DNA of 64,000 nt from Methanomassiliicoccales archaeon (GCA_036504055.1 DASXVU010000004.1:28202-92201); one strand, 5' to 3'. Counted from the first letter of the stretch, positions 9,438-19,110 are shown. Made by a program: numbers and translations. Notes: generated from the letters alone by a model not told the origin.

Positions 9438-11048
9438 TCAGACCAGGGGCATCAGCCTGGGGCATTCCTTGTCGCCCACCATCTCGATCTCCAGATGGTA
9501 GTATGGCGTATAAGGCTTCTGGCCGCACATCAGCACGGTCCCGTTGATGCTCTCCAGCTTGAGATGCATCGTGGCCTGGTTGGCAAGATGCGGCAGCGAT
9601 TTGCTGATCGGGGTCGCCTCCGCCACCACCACGTGACCGCCACGCCTCATGGCGTCGATGTGATGGAACGTCTGCGGCAGTACGTCCCCGCCATAGGTCG
9701 CCTCCATGGAGTCGAACCCGAGTATCGAAAGGTATGGCACCGAGGATTTGGAAAGCATGTACTTGAGAGAGTCCCAGCGCAGGTCATGTGACGCGTCGGT
9801 CCCCTCGATGGCCCGCAGGAATGGGTATCCATTGGTCGACTGGTTGCTGGTGTCCAGGATGTTCAGGCCGTCGTGCATCTGGGGTTTCTCCAGCTTGCTC
9901 AGCAACCTCTTCTGGACATCGTCGTAGTCGAGCGAATAGAGCGGGTTCCAGACCAGACCGCGTCCCTTGGACAGGTGGTCTACGATGATGCAGGTCTCCA
10001 GCCACTGGACCGTGCTCTGCGGTACGCCCTGGTCGATCTCGATGAGCGTCATGCCTCCCCGGGGAAGGCCGCCCATGACCTGGTCCAGCGCGGTGCAGCC
10101 GAAAGAGATGGTCCTCGGGTCCGGGTCCGGCACCGTGACATGTTTTCCCTTTGATGACGGCAGGGATTCGCTGTCATGGTCGAAAACGCTGAGACGGCCG
10201 CCCTGCAGGGTGAACATGTACTTCCAGCGGTGTATGCTTCCGCCGCGCAGCTTCTCGATGATGAGCTGCCTTATTCGCCGTCCATTGTGCTCGCCGGAGT
10301 CCATGATGAGCACGCCGTCCCCCAGGTAGTCCATTATGGACTTGGCCGAGGTCTCCAGGACATAGATGATGTTGGTATCGGAATGTTCCACCAGGTCCTT
10401 CTGCAGCACGTTAATGATGCGCTGCGCGCTTATACCGTATATCTCGGACAGCGCCTCGATGGAGTCCAGGATGATCAATGAACGCTTCGGGAGATTGTTC
10501 TCGGTGATGTCATAGGCGAGCTCCAGCTCCGGCAGCATCGTGCCGATGTCCAGGACCAGAGAGCCGTCCGGCCCAATGACGTTGTAATCGTCCTCGTCCT
10601 CATGGTCGATCTCACCAGCCTCGACCTGGCCTTCGAGCTTGTTAAGCTCTGTCCTTACGACAGAGGGGTTGGAATCGGTGATGGTGAGCGCCCGCAGCAG
10701 ATTCTTGGTCGCCTTCAGCGTCGCATCCTGCTTGGGATTGTATTCTTCCTTTTCCAATGTGGTCGTCTTCTTTAGGAACGCCTTACCGGCCTTGAGGATC
10801 TCGTTCCGCTTCGCCTTCTCCCTCAACCAGGGGAACTGGCGGAAAAGTGCCTCGTCGGACACTCGCATGGAAAGGTAGTACTCGGGCTGCTCCTGTGAAA
10901 GCTCCTCTATCAGCTGAAGGGCGAATGTGGTCTTACCAGTTCCCGCGTCTCCCTTGATTATCAGGGAGTGTCCACCGGGTGACCTGAAGAAGTCAAGCAC
11001 CTCTTTAGGTATCCTACCATTGCCAGTATCAGCGCTCAATCGAACCAC
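9438..11048 (-). CDS. Two-domain KaiC/RecA-superfamily ATPase (KaiC/GvpD-like)
   Basis: 536 aa with a GTG start. The first domain has Walker A GDAGTGKTTFALQ and Walker B-like LIILDSIEAL. The second RecA-like domain (FGCTALDQVMGGLPRGGMTLI) lacks a GKT P-loop. Confidence 0.75.
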   Translation of the reverse strand: MVRLSADTGNGRIPKEVLDFFRSPGGHSLIIKGDAGTGKTTFALQLIEELSQEQPEYYLSMRVSDEALFRQFPWLREKAKRNEILKAGKAFLKKTTTLEKEEYNPKQDATLKATKNLLRALTITDSNPSVVRTELNKLEGQVEAGEIDHEDEDDYNVIGPDGSLVLDIGTMLPELELAYDITENNLPKRSLIILDSIEALSEIYGISAQRIINVLQKDLVEHSDTNIIYVLETSAKSIMDYLGDGVLIMDSGEHNGRRIRQLIIEKLRGGSIHRWKYMFTLQGGRLSVFDHDSESLPSSKGKHVTVPDPDPRTISFGCTALDQVMGGLPRGGMTLIEIDQGVPQSTVQWLETCIIVDHLSKGRGLVWNPLYSLDYDDVQKRLLSKLEKPQMHDGLNILDTSNQSTNGYPFLRAIEGTDASHDLRWDSLKYMLSKSSVPYLSILGFDSMEATYGGDVLPQTFHHIDAMRRGGHVVVAEATPISKSLPHLANQATMHLKLESINGTVLMCGQKPYTPYYHLEIEMVGDKECPRLMPLV

Positions 11049-11235
11049 TCGGAGCGAGAACCTACTCGACGCACTTAAAGCTTACCGGCTCATTCTCAGT
11101 CCAGCTAATGAAAACAGTCGCCTCTCGATAGGGGCTATCGCCTCCATGAAAAGTGCACTTTGATATCCGGGCCCGACAAGGTTTTATGCGCAGTCGGGCA
11201 TTGCACCTGTCTATTAGCTATACGGAGCTGAACTA

Positions 11236-12612
11236 ATGCTTCTTTGCCCATTGGACTACCGCTACGGGCGCGACGACATGAAGATGATATTCACCGAGGA
11301 GAACCGTCTCCTCACCCAGCTTAAGGTAGAGGCAGCCCTGGCCAGGGCGCACGCCAAGTTGGGCAACATACCGAAGGCGGCCGCTGCAGAGATAACCAAG
11401 AAGGCGGACCTCAAGTTCGTGAGACCGGAGAGGGTCAAGGAGATCGAGGACGAGACCAAGCACGACGTCATGGCCATGGTCCGTTCATTGTCGGAACAGT
11501 GCTCCGGAGAGGCCGGACGCTATGTGCATCTGGGGGCGACGTCCAACGATATCGTCGACACCGCCTCGGCCATCCAGATCTCCCAGGCACTGGACATAGT
11601 GGAATCGGACGTCGTTCACCTCATCGGCACGCTGGCCGGGCTGGCCAAGCAGCACCGCGACACCATAATGATGGGCCGGACGCATGGGCAGTTCGCCATA
11701 CCGACCACCTTCGGATTCAAGATCGCCGGCTACATCACCGAGATGATGCGCTACCAGGAAAGGATCTCCGAAGCACGGAAACGCCTGTGCGTCGGCAAGA
11801 TGTCCGGAGCGATCGGGACCGGTGCCGCCCTGGGCCCGAAGGTCCTGGAGATCCAGGAACTGGTCATGAAGGACCTGGGACTGGGGATCGAGGAAGCGGC
11901 CACCCAGATCGTCTGCCGTGACCGGTATGCGGAGCTGGTGTCGATCATGGCCATGCTCGACACTTCCTGCGAGCGTTACGCGACCGAGGTCCGAAACCTG
12001 CAGCGGTCGGAGATCATGGAGGTCTCGGAAGCGTTCGACAACGAGAAGCAGGTGGGAAGCTCGACCATGGCCCAGAAACGGAACCCGGTCATCTCCGAGA
12101 ACCTGTGCGGACTGACCCGGATCGCCCGGGCGTTCATCATCCCGGCCATGGAGGACATGGTCCTGTGGCATGAGCGCGACCTCACCAACTCGAGCGCGGA
12201 ACGCTTCATACTGCCCCATGTCATGGTGCTGACCGATGACATCGTGACCAAGATGGACACGGTCTTCTCCGGGCTGGTGGTGCACAAGGACAACATGCAG
12301 AGGAACCTTGATTCCTCCAGGGGACTGATGATGGCCGAACCGGTCATGATATGCCTGGTCGGAAAGGGTCTCGGACGCCAGGACGCCCACGAGATCGTCC
12401 GCCGGGCCAGCATGGCCGCTGAGGACCAGGGAAAGACCTTCAAGGAGATGCTCCTGAAGAACAAGGAGGTCAAGTCCCGGATGACCAAAGCGGAACTGAA
12501 CAAGGTCATGGACCCGTCGAACTACGTCGGAGTGGCGCCCCAGATCGTCGATTCAGTCGTCGCCAAGGCGGAAGCGGTGACAAAGACTAAGAAACCCAAG
12601 AGGACCAAGTGA
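11236..12612 (+). CDS. purB: Adenylosuccinate lyase
   Basis: 458 aa. CPLDYRYG, HLGATSNDIVDTA, MMGRTHGQFAIPTTFG and the signature GSSTMAQKRNP place it in the fumarase/ASL family. Confidence 0.9.
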   Translation: MLLCPLDYRYGRDDMKMIFTEENRLLTQLKVEAALARAHAKLGNIPKAAAAEITKKADLKFVRPERVKEIEDETKHDVMAMVRSLSEQCSGEAGRYVHLGATSNDIVDTASAIQISQALDIVESDVVHLIGTLAGLAKQHRDTIMMGRTHGQFAIPTTFGFKIAGYITEMMRYQERISEARKRLCVGKMSGAIGTGAALGPKVLEIQELVMKDLGLGIEEAATQIVCRDRYAELVSIMAMLDTSCERYATEVRNLQRSEIMEVSEAFDNEKQVGSSTMAQKRNPVISENLCGLTRIARAFIIPAMEDMVLWHERDLTNSSAERFILPHVMVLTDDIVTKMDTVFSGLVVHKDNMQRNLDSSRGLMMAEPVMICLVGKGLGRQDAHEIVRRASMAAEDQGKTFKEMLLKNKEVKSRMTKAELNKVMDPSNYVGVAPQIVDSVVAKAEAVTKTKKPKRTK

Positions 12613-12758
12613 GCCTTGGCTGGCCGTGCCAACGGCCAGGGCCCTACGATCATTTTTGTTCCCCCACGATCTCTCGGACATGTTTTGCCGACCGTTCACA
12701 ATATGGATCCATCGGGCAAAAATAGATAAGTCACGCACTGGCCTATTAGCGCGATAAG

Positions 12759-13601
12759 TTGTTCCAACCAGATGCCTTGTATGATATCCTGATCGTCGAC
12801 GACGAGCCTGGCCTATTGAACCTGGCAAGGATTTACCTGGATATGGAGGGAGGATTCAGGATCACCATCGCTGGCTCTGCGAAACAGGCCTTGGAGCTTA
12901 TCGCAGCCCATCATTTTGACGCCGTCATCTCCGACTATCAGATGCCGGGGATGGACGGCATCGAGCTTCTAAGGCATCTGAGGTCCAGGCAGATCAACGT
13001 GCCATTCGTTCTATTCACCGGTAGAGGAAGGGAGGATGTGGCGATAGCCGCCCTCAATAGCGGGGCTGACTTCTACATCCAAAAGGGCGGGGAACCGAAG
13101 GCGCAGTTCGCCGAGCTCAAGCATGCCATCATTTACTCGATCCACCGGAAAGGGGCGGAGGAACTGGTGCAGAGCATCGTCGACAACGCTCCGCTCATGA
13201 TCATGATCATTGACGAAGAAAGACGTATCCAGACGTTCAACAAGGGGGTGCTGGAGTTCACCGAGTTGTCACCGCAGGAGATAATCGGCCTTCGCTGCGG
13301 CGATGCTTTCGATTGCGGCAACTCCAAGGAGAACGGCAATGGATGCGGCTTTAGTTCGCATTGCGACGAGTGCCGCCTTTGGGAAGCGATCCAGAGGGCG
13401 ATAACCAAGGGGGAGAGATGTCTTCGGGTGGAGGCGGTCCTTCCCACCCCGGATGCGGACGGGAACGGCAAGACCGTGCTCATGGTCTCCACCGCTCCCA
13501 TCAGAGCGTTCGGAAAGAACCTGGCCCTCGTGTTCCTGGAGGACTTCACTGGATTTCGGAGGAAGCAGCCGGCAGAGCATGCGATGTTTGGGCATAATTG
13601 A
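12759..13601 (+). CDS. Response regulator: receiver domain plus a PAS-like domain with a five-Cys cluster
   Basis: TTG start. The receiver has ILIVDDEPG...DAVISDYQMPGMDGIELL...FTGRG...K. The C-terminal half is PAS-like and contains CGDAFDCGNSKENGNGCGFSSHCDEC. Confidence 0.75.
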   Translation: MFQPDALYDILIVDDEPGLLNLARIYLDMEGGFRITIAGSAKQALELIAAHHFDAVISDYQMPGMDGIELLRHLRSRQINVPFVLFTGRGREDVAIAALNSGADFYIQKGGEPKAQFAELKHAIIYSIHRKGAEELVQSIVDNAPLMIMIIDEERRIQTFNKGVLEFTELSPQEIIGLRCGDAFDCGNSKENGNGCGFSSHCDECRLWEAIQRAITKGERCLRVEAVLPTPDADGNGKTVLMVSTAPIRAFGKNLALVFLEDFTGFRRKQPAEHAMFGHN

Positions 13602-13664
13602 CCATATGACCTGAAGGTAATCGTCCTGATCAATGAAAAATAGGAAAAGGTTTATTTTTATCGT

Positions 13665-14261
13665 TCAGAAAAGCACAGCATCGGCGAACTGAGGCAGCTG
13701 GACCTTGACCAGGTCGAACTGACCGTCCGAGAAGCTCAGAATGACATGCATCTTCAGGTCGATACCGTCAGACTCGCTTCCCATATAGAAGACCGAGTTG
13801 GTATGGAAGTTCAGCCACAGGTTGGCCTGGGACAGATCCCCGTTGACCGGTATGTCGGTATGGAGCACCAACTGGACGTTCTTTGAATCGATCGCCATGA
13901 CGACGTTCTTCTCCGTATCAAGCAAGGCTATGGTCCCATGCCAGTTGATATGCAGGTTAACATCGAAGTGGTCATTCTTCTCCTTCGCCATGACGTTCAT
14001 GTGGGCCGTCCCATTGATGAAAATGTATTGGATCCCGCTATCCAGGAACTGTTGAAGCGGAACTATCTCATTAAGCATCGCCAATTGTTCATCGGTCAAT
14101 TGGACTTGGTAAAGGTCGATGGTCAACGAATCGACCTTCACATTGTCGACCATCCGATAGTCCGGGCTCTTGGCTTGAGCAGGCGCTACGGCGAAGGCCA
14201 TTATGAGCATTGGCATCAACACGGCCAGCACTAAAAGTTTCACTAGGTTCTTAGCGTTCAT
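13665..14261 (-). CDS. Exported hypothetical protein
   Basis: 198 aa with an N-terminal signal-like sequence MNAKNLVKLLVLAVLMPMLIMAFAVAPAQA. I recognise no family. Confidence 0.55.
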   Translation of the reverse strand: MNAKNLVKLLVLAVLMPMLIMAFAVAPAQAKSPDYRMVDNVKVDSLTIDLYQVQLTDEQLAMLNEIVPLQQFLDSGIQYIFINGTAHMNVMAKEKNDHFDVNLHINWHGTIALLDTEKNVVMAIDSKNVQLVLHTDIPVNGDLSQANLWLNFHTNSVFYMGSESDGIDLKMHVILSFSDGQFDLVKVQLPQFADAVLF

Positions 14262-14439
14262 GTCTAGTCATCCCCCTTAGGATGCCTTATCATCGGTCTC
14301 AATCGGTATATACTGATGGAGGCCATTTCAAGAAATGAAAATAGCGGAAGAGATCCGCGAAACTAACGGGATTGTGACAAAACCCGCGGAGCTGGAATGG
14401 TCTGAAATCTAGAATCCAGTATCATTGCTGGTCAGAAAC

Positions 14440-14447
14440 AATTATAT
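14440..14447 (+). promoter_or_regulatory. TATA-box-like element upstream of tRNA-Ala
   Basis: AATTATAT lies about 29-36 nt upstream of the first tRNA nucleotide, which is the spacing expected for an archaeal TATA box. Confidence 0.4.
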
Positions 14448-14475
14448 CCCAAGTAGTGTTCCCTGTCAATACATT

Positions 14476-14550
14476 GGGCTGGTAGATCAGCGGAAGATCG
14501 CTGCCTTCGCAAGGCAGAAGCCGGGGGTTCGAATCCCCCCCAGTCCACCA
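14476..14550 (+). tRNA. tRNA-Ala (anticodon CGC) with genomically encoded CCA
   Basis: Manual cloverleaf: acceptor GGGCTGG/CCAGTCC including the Ala identity pair G3:U70; D stem GATC/GATC; anticodon stem CTGCC/GGCAG with loop TTCGCAA (CGC); T arm GGGGG-TTCGAAT-CCCCC; discriminator A plus CCA. Total 75 nt. Confidence 0.9.
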
Positions 14551-15509
14551 TTTTCCTGGCTAACCTCGATTCCTCCCTTTTTCGGGAGAAACACACTGGC
14601 CTGATATGCTGCATAGAGGTCTTCTGCAGCGTTCATATCCTCGAAATCTAGACCGAGGTACTTCATTGTCGTTCTTGTATCGGCGTGACCGAACTTCCTT
14701 GCTATGAGCTCTATCGGCACCTTTGCCCGATACATCATGCGACCGCAGGTCCTTCTTAGATCGTGGTTGGAGAAATGGAATCCTACCCGTTCCCCGATCT
14801 TGTTCAGGATCTTCTCGATGGCGCTCTTCTGATAGGCATGCAGTTGTCCGTTCCGCTGATAGATCAGCAGCTTATCCGGAACGACTACCGCCTTGTTCTT
14901 TTTCCTCGCCTTCGCGATCTCCCGGTCCCTTATCTCAAGGTACTCTTCGAGAACTGCTATCGTCTCCGGATGCCAGTTGATGTCCCTGGGCTTTCCTCCA
15001 TACCTTCCCTTACCTAGAAGGTGAACGGAATTGATCCGTCCGCTGGAGAAATCGCTGGCCTTCAGACGTATGAGCTCGATCCGTCTCATTCCGAGGTCTA
15101 GCTCGCAATGGACTATCATCTTCTCAATCCCCCGAACATTCATCTTTACTGTCATTGCTTGCTCATCCGTCAGCCATCTTACCCTTGACGATCTTAGGTT
15201 CCCGAATCCTATCTTGATCTTTGCTACCTCTTGATTACCAGTCCATTTCAGGAAACCCATCAGCATGGATACCATGTTCGCCTTGTACCGCTCTGATCTC
15301 CCGACTAGGAAATCATTGCGAATGTAATTAATCTCGGGCCTTCCCATCTTTCGAGGGTTCAGCTCGAGCTTGGCATCCTGTAGGGCTTGAAGGATGGTCT
15401 TTAGAGCCCATTTGTAGTCACGGATCGTGACCTCGCTCCTATTCCCATCCCTTAGCTCTTGCAGATAGGCATCTAGCTCCCTGCCGAGGGAATACCATGC
15501 CGTTGGCAT
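14487..15509 (-). CDS. int: Tyrosine recombinase / integrase
   Basis: 340-aa ORF. Catalytic residues lie in GMRRIEL (R), HLLGKGRYGGK (K), NHDLRRT (HxxR) and GHADTRTTMKYL (H...Y). The last ~20 codons are antisense to the tRNA and att core, so they are read-through rather than a domain. Confidence 0.9.
   Translation of the reverse strand: MPTAWYSLGRELDAYLQELRDGNRSEVTIRDYKWALKTILQALQDAKLELNPRKMGRPEINYIRNDFLVGRSERYKANMVSMLMGFLKWTGNQEVAKIKIGFGNLRSSRVRWLTDEQAMTVKMNVRGIEKMIVHCELDLGMRRIELIRLKASDFSSGRINSVHLLGKGRYGGKPRDINWHPETIAVLEEYLEIRDREIAKARKKNKAVVVPDKLLIYQRNGQLHAYQKSAIEKILNKIGERVGFHFSNHDLRRTCGRMMYRAKVPIELIARKFGHADTRTTMKYLGLDFEDMNAAEDLYAAYQASVFLPKKGGIEVSQENGGLGGIRTPGFCLAKAAIFR
14532..14550. repeat. 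attL core: 19-bp direct repeat AATCCCCCCCAGTCCACCA (3' end of the tRNA-Ala)
   Basis: A perfect second copy lies at 27411-27429. The sequences flanking the two copies are unrelated. Confidence 0.85.
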
Positions 15510-15659
15510 TAGTTCCCCTCAAAGACATGATAAACAGTGTGAGATACAAATTCTCTCGCTCCCGACCTACCCCCGTACCCCTTTCTTGTTAACTTGTTAA
15601 CTATTTGGGATACTGGCAAGCGAGTTAGGACGAGGTAAATCACGTTTTTCGCCTTCTAA

Positions 15660-18179
15660 CTATTTTGAACCCTGTTCACTGGACGATTTCGTTCTGTCGC
15701 CGAATTTTTGCAAATTGGACCTATATGCCAGTTCGAATTGCTCAACGTTTTTGAAGAAAGAAAGATTGCCGGTTCCTGGTTCAGCAACAAACCCCATGCC
15801 TTTCAAAAGGTTGGTGACAGTTCGGGTCTTTACCTCTTCGTTGAAATTGTCTCCAGTCTGCTTGAGATCGGTGTTCAATTGGTCGGTTACATTCCTGGTG
15901 CTAATATCCACGATAGCTTTCGCTCTCATTTTATCCTTGGTCAACGGCTCCTTTTCGATGGTTGATTGTTTCTCTACCTTCTTGAATTGTGAATTAAACT
16001 CGGATTGAAGGGCATAAAAGACCCTAGCCGACATAGAATCCTTGAGCTCGGCACCGGAAACTCCTTGAGACCGGGCAATGAAGGAAACAATATCATTTTG
16101 CCCTCCCGCTATCAGGGCAGCCGTTAAAATGCTCCTTGCGTTGTCCTTCGATCTGTCTTCCAGTTTTATTGTCGTGCCGTCCAATTCGATTGGAGCACTG
16201 ATCTCCTTGTTCACCTTCTGGAGGTATGAATCAAAGTCGATCTTCCCCGACAATACCCTGAGCCTTAACGATAATAACCTAGTCCTCAGGTCTTCGCTCC
16301 CATCCAGATCTCCCCGTTCCTTCAGCTCTATTTCCTTGGGTTTCTGGAGCATCGTTATGATAAGCGAGCGGTTCTGGTTGTCATCATCGGGCAGCTTATC
16401 CCGTATGCCAATCAGCATCGGTGAGTACAGGTCGTAAAGGTCAACTCCCCCATTCTCGTTCACTCTCGGGACACTGTAGCCTTTCTGATACCCTCCATTG
16501 AAAACAGCTGCCATCTCCAGCTTTCTTTCCTTTGGTATCTTCTGGTATTCGTCCTGAAAAACCGTTATTCGGTAGGACTGGATAAGACGGAAGAGCGCCG
16601 CAGGGGTAGAATCGATAAGTTTTGCCCCCCGGTAAGTCAACATCTGAAGAGTCTCACCGCAGCAGGATTTTCCTACAGTGGTCGTACCGACGATGATCAC
16701 TCTAGGGGAGATCTCGAATTGGTCGAAAATCCAAGAAAATATCACCCAGGCAGCTAGCGTCGAATAAGCTGACTCATCGCTGAACCAAACCCGTTTTCTA
16801 ATGAATTCGGTAATATCTTCCAATAATTTCGGGTCTGGCTCTCTCATATTAGGGCGAGATGGAAGGGGCCAACACATGCTGGAGAATTTACTTTCCAGTT
16901 GATGAGCCAGTTCCTTATTCTCTTTTTCCCATTCGATAAATGACCTGATTGGGTTATCCTTGAAGGATGGTATGACAAAACCTAATCCGTTATTGGGGTC
17001 TTGAAATGGCTCTGCATCGAAGATTTGTTTTGAGTAGATCGGTTTCTTTCCTTTTTTGCTAGTTGAAGATTTGTCGGTCGGGGTTTCGTCCTGGAACGAT
17101 GGATTATCCTGCTTCAATGGGCATTTCTTCCAGTCGCAGACCTCTTCCCCGAAAGTCTCCTTGATGGGACCGCAGCCGGGATGGTTGGATTTCTCGCCTT
17201 TGTAAGCCGATTTGAGGGTTTCCAGGCAACCCTTTTCGAGCTCGTTATCATACCCCTGGCACTTGTGAGCATAGGTGACCATGTCCTTTTGCGCTTTAGC
17301 CTGAGGGACATCCATCAACAAGTTGAACCGGGCAATCCGATAGGCTCCAGGATTCCTGAGCCCCTCTTTCATCCCTTGCATCAGATGATAGTAACAAGGG
17401 ATTGCATCCAGTTCAGAAACAATGGAGAGAGGTTGAGAATCATCTTTTTCTGCCGATTCTATGAATCTCTGTATCTCCCCGTTGATCAGCTCGGACAATT
17501 CTGTTATATCCCATTGGTGAATTGATCCGGTCCAAGGCATCTGGAACTTTATGGTGTCCTTGGTCGGTCTTTCTTCGGGAATATCATCGATCCATGTTTT
17601 TCTGCTGCCGTTGTCCCTTAATGAACCGAACTCCCTTATCATATGGCCTTTCCCGCTTGGGTATGATCTCCAACTGATCGCTGAAGGGTCTAGCCCTGCC
17701 AGTTTGATATCGATTCCAGAGTCGTTGATAATCAGGTCATAAACAGTTTCCCTCATGATCTTGAGCGGGTCTATCTCGAGCTCCTGGACCTTATCAAGCA
17801 GGACCTTATTGATTTTCAGAGTACCGGCATCAATGAAAACATGGACATGGATACCTTTTCCTCCAGACCATCCGGAGATATACGGAACGGCCTCGCTCTC
17901 TAGGTAAGAGATCAGCTTTCTGGCCTCGACCTTTAGCACATTCCAATCTTTTTGGTCGAAATCGAATACCAGCTCATTTGGCAAGATCGTTCTGGCGATG
18001 ATGAGTTGGGTCTGGTTGCCTATAATGGGCATCCAGCGTCCTCTCAGGTCCGGCGAATATTGGACCATGATGGGGCTCTTGAACTTGGTCGAAAGATGGC
18101 CGAGCTCGTTTAGCCAAATCTGTTGGTCCTTGATCACTTTGGCGTTTAGATTATCATCAATAGGGGGAAGGTCGGTCAT
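15660..18179 (-). CDS. Replication protein: archaeo-eukaryotic primase-polymerase domain fused to a P-loop (SF3/D5-like) helicase domain
   Basis: The likely start is MTDLPP at 18179, preceded by GGAGGTTTAAC; the tracked ORF extends to 18242. AEP motifs are LVFDFD, SGGKGIHVHVF and GLDPS. The central region is Cys-rich. Walker A is GTTTVGKS and Walker B-like is ITVFQDEY. Confidence 0.8.
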   Translation of the reverse strand: MTDLPPIDDNLNAKVIKDQQIWLNELGHLSTKFKSPIMVQYSPDLRGRWMPIIGNQTQLIIARTILPNELVFDFDQKDWNVLKVEARKLISYLESEAVPYISGWSGGKGIHVHVFIDAGTLKINKVLLDKVQELEIDPLKIMRETVYDLIINDSGIDIKLAGLDPSAISWRSYPSGKGHMIREFGSLRDNGSRKTWIDDIPEERPTKDTIKFQMPWTGSIHQWDITELSELINGEIQRFIESAEKDDSQPLSIVSELDAIPCYYHLMQGMKEGLRNPGAYRIARFNLLMDVPQAKAQKDMVTYAHKCQGYDNELEKGCLETLKSAYKGEKSNHPGCGPIKETFGEEVCDWKKCPLKQDNPSFQDETPTDKSSTSKKGKKPIYSKQIFDAEPFQDPNNGLGFVIPSFKDNPIRSFIEWEKENKELAHQLESKFSSMCWPLPSRPNMREPDPKLLEDITEFIRKRVWFSDESAYSTLAAWVIFSWIFDQFEISPRVIIVGTTTVGKSCCGETLQMLTYRGAKLIDSTPAALFRLIQSYRITVFQDEYQKIPKERKLEMAAVFNGGYQKGYSVPRVNENGGVDLYDLYSPMLIGIRDKLPDDDNQNRSLIITMLQKPKEIELKERGDLDGSEDLRTRLLSLRLRVLSGKIDFDSYLQKVNKEISAPIELDGTTIKLEDRSKDNARSILTAALIAGGQNDIVSFIARSQGVSGAELKDSMSARVFYALQSEFNSQFKKVEKQSTIEKEPLTKDKMRAKAIVDISTRNVTDQLNTDLKQTGDNFNEEVKTRTVTNLLKGMGFVAEPGTGNLSFFKNVEQFELAYRSNLQKFGDRTKSSSEQGSK

Positions 18180-18403
18180 GTTAAACCTCCCATTGCGATC
18201 ATGCGACGGGCCTCCGGGCTCCCCCATCGATAATACTTCCAAAAGAATCCGTCAAACTCATTCGACGGTAGATGGGTTATGAACTCAACGAGCTCGTCTT
18301 GGTCTTTAGCCCAACCGTAGGCTACCCAACAGTAGCTATACCCGTTCGGTACGACTTGAAGATTGTTTCTTTTCTTGGTTGTGCATCCTTCCCTTTCTGA
18401 CAT
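18176..18403 (-). CDS. Hypothetical small protein (75 aa)
   Basis: The ATG at 18403 is preceded by AAAGGAGGTTCAATC. Its stop overlaps the primase-helicase start. W/Y-rich, no family recognised. Confidence 0.5.
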   Translation of the reverse strand: MSEREGCTTKKRNNLQVVPNGYSYCWVAYGWAKDQDELVEFITHLPSNEFDGFFWKYYRWGSPEARRMIAMGGLT

Positions 18404-18625
18404 GATTGAACCTCCTTTTTGAAAGAATTTGTTCGCCTTCCTGTTCCGCTTTTTTTCTACCCTCCACAGAGCCGTTTTTATACACAAAACTCCTGGACTT
18501 TTTCTCCATTTTCAGGCGGCTTTCGACGGTCTTTCCATCGCAGTATGGCATTGATCACCGCAATAGCAAAACCAGAGGTCAAAGGCAAGTTGTTTCACCC
18601 CTCGAGCTCGTGTTGTCGATGATCT

Positions 18626-18823
18626 TCATAGGATCACCGCAAAAGCGATCCCAATTCCCAAAACCGCCCCTCCGCAGCCGAACAACAACCGCAATCGTCT
18701 TCCGATTCCGGTGACTCCGAGCAGCAACATCATACCGGCGCTTGTGGTCGCCATCGCTGATAGGATGACAAGAGCGAATCCGGCCGGGCCGGTCGAGCCG
18801 AGGAAGATGTCGGGAAGTGGCAT
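18626..18823 (-). CDS. Small hydrophobic (two-helix) membrane protein
   Basis: 65 aa, almost entirely hydrophobic and Gly/Ala-rich. Its start overlaps the upstream stop by 1 nt (TAATG). Confidence 0.45.
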   Translation of the reverse strand: MPLPDIFLGSTGPAGFALVILSAMATTSAGMMLLLGVTGIGRRLRLLFGCGGAVLGIGIAFAVIL

Positions 18824-19110
18824 TATTGCTCATTCCTCTTCTTTTCCTCTTCCTTTTCCTCATCCCCATCATCTTGGAGTTTGTACAATTTCACTCGGCG
18901 AAAATATGAATGTCGAACGAGGGCCAGATGTGGGTCCGTCTGTTTCGGGATACCCGACAGGGTTAGGTCTGGACCGAGTCCCAATTGTGATTCCAAGTCG
19001 GTTTGGCACTTTGAGGAACAATAAATCGGAATGAAATCCCTCGAATTCACCGTGATTGAAAACTTTTTCAAGCATCCTGGACACTTGCGGGTTAGCTCAA
19101 TCGAGGTCAT
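18823..19110 (-). CDS. Small Zn-ribbon protein with an acidic/basic tail
   Basis: 95 aa. CPGCLKKF...YCSSKC gives four Cys ligands. The C-terminal tail is DDGDEEKEEEKKRNEQ. Its start overlaps the RHH gene stop (ATGA). Confidence 0.55.
   Translation of the reverse strand: MTSIELTRKCPGCLKKFSITVNSRDFIPIYCSSKCQTDLESQLGLGPDLTLSGIPKQTDPHLALVRHSYFRRVKLYKLQDDGDEEKEEEKKRNEQ

Noticed and set aside
14487-14531. The integrase C-terminal residues RTPGFCLAKAAIFR as a functional extension.
   Set aside because: These codons are simply the antisense of the tRNA-Ala body. The recombinase catalytic region ends upstream.
18336-18872. Alternative ORFs 18336-18551 (-) and 18579-18872 (-) inside the element's small-gene operon.
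   Set aside because: They overlap better-supported frames that have RBS-preceded or stop/start-coupled genes. The 220-nt stretch 18404-18625 may still hide a short gene that I cannot resolve.
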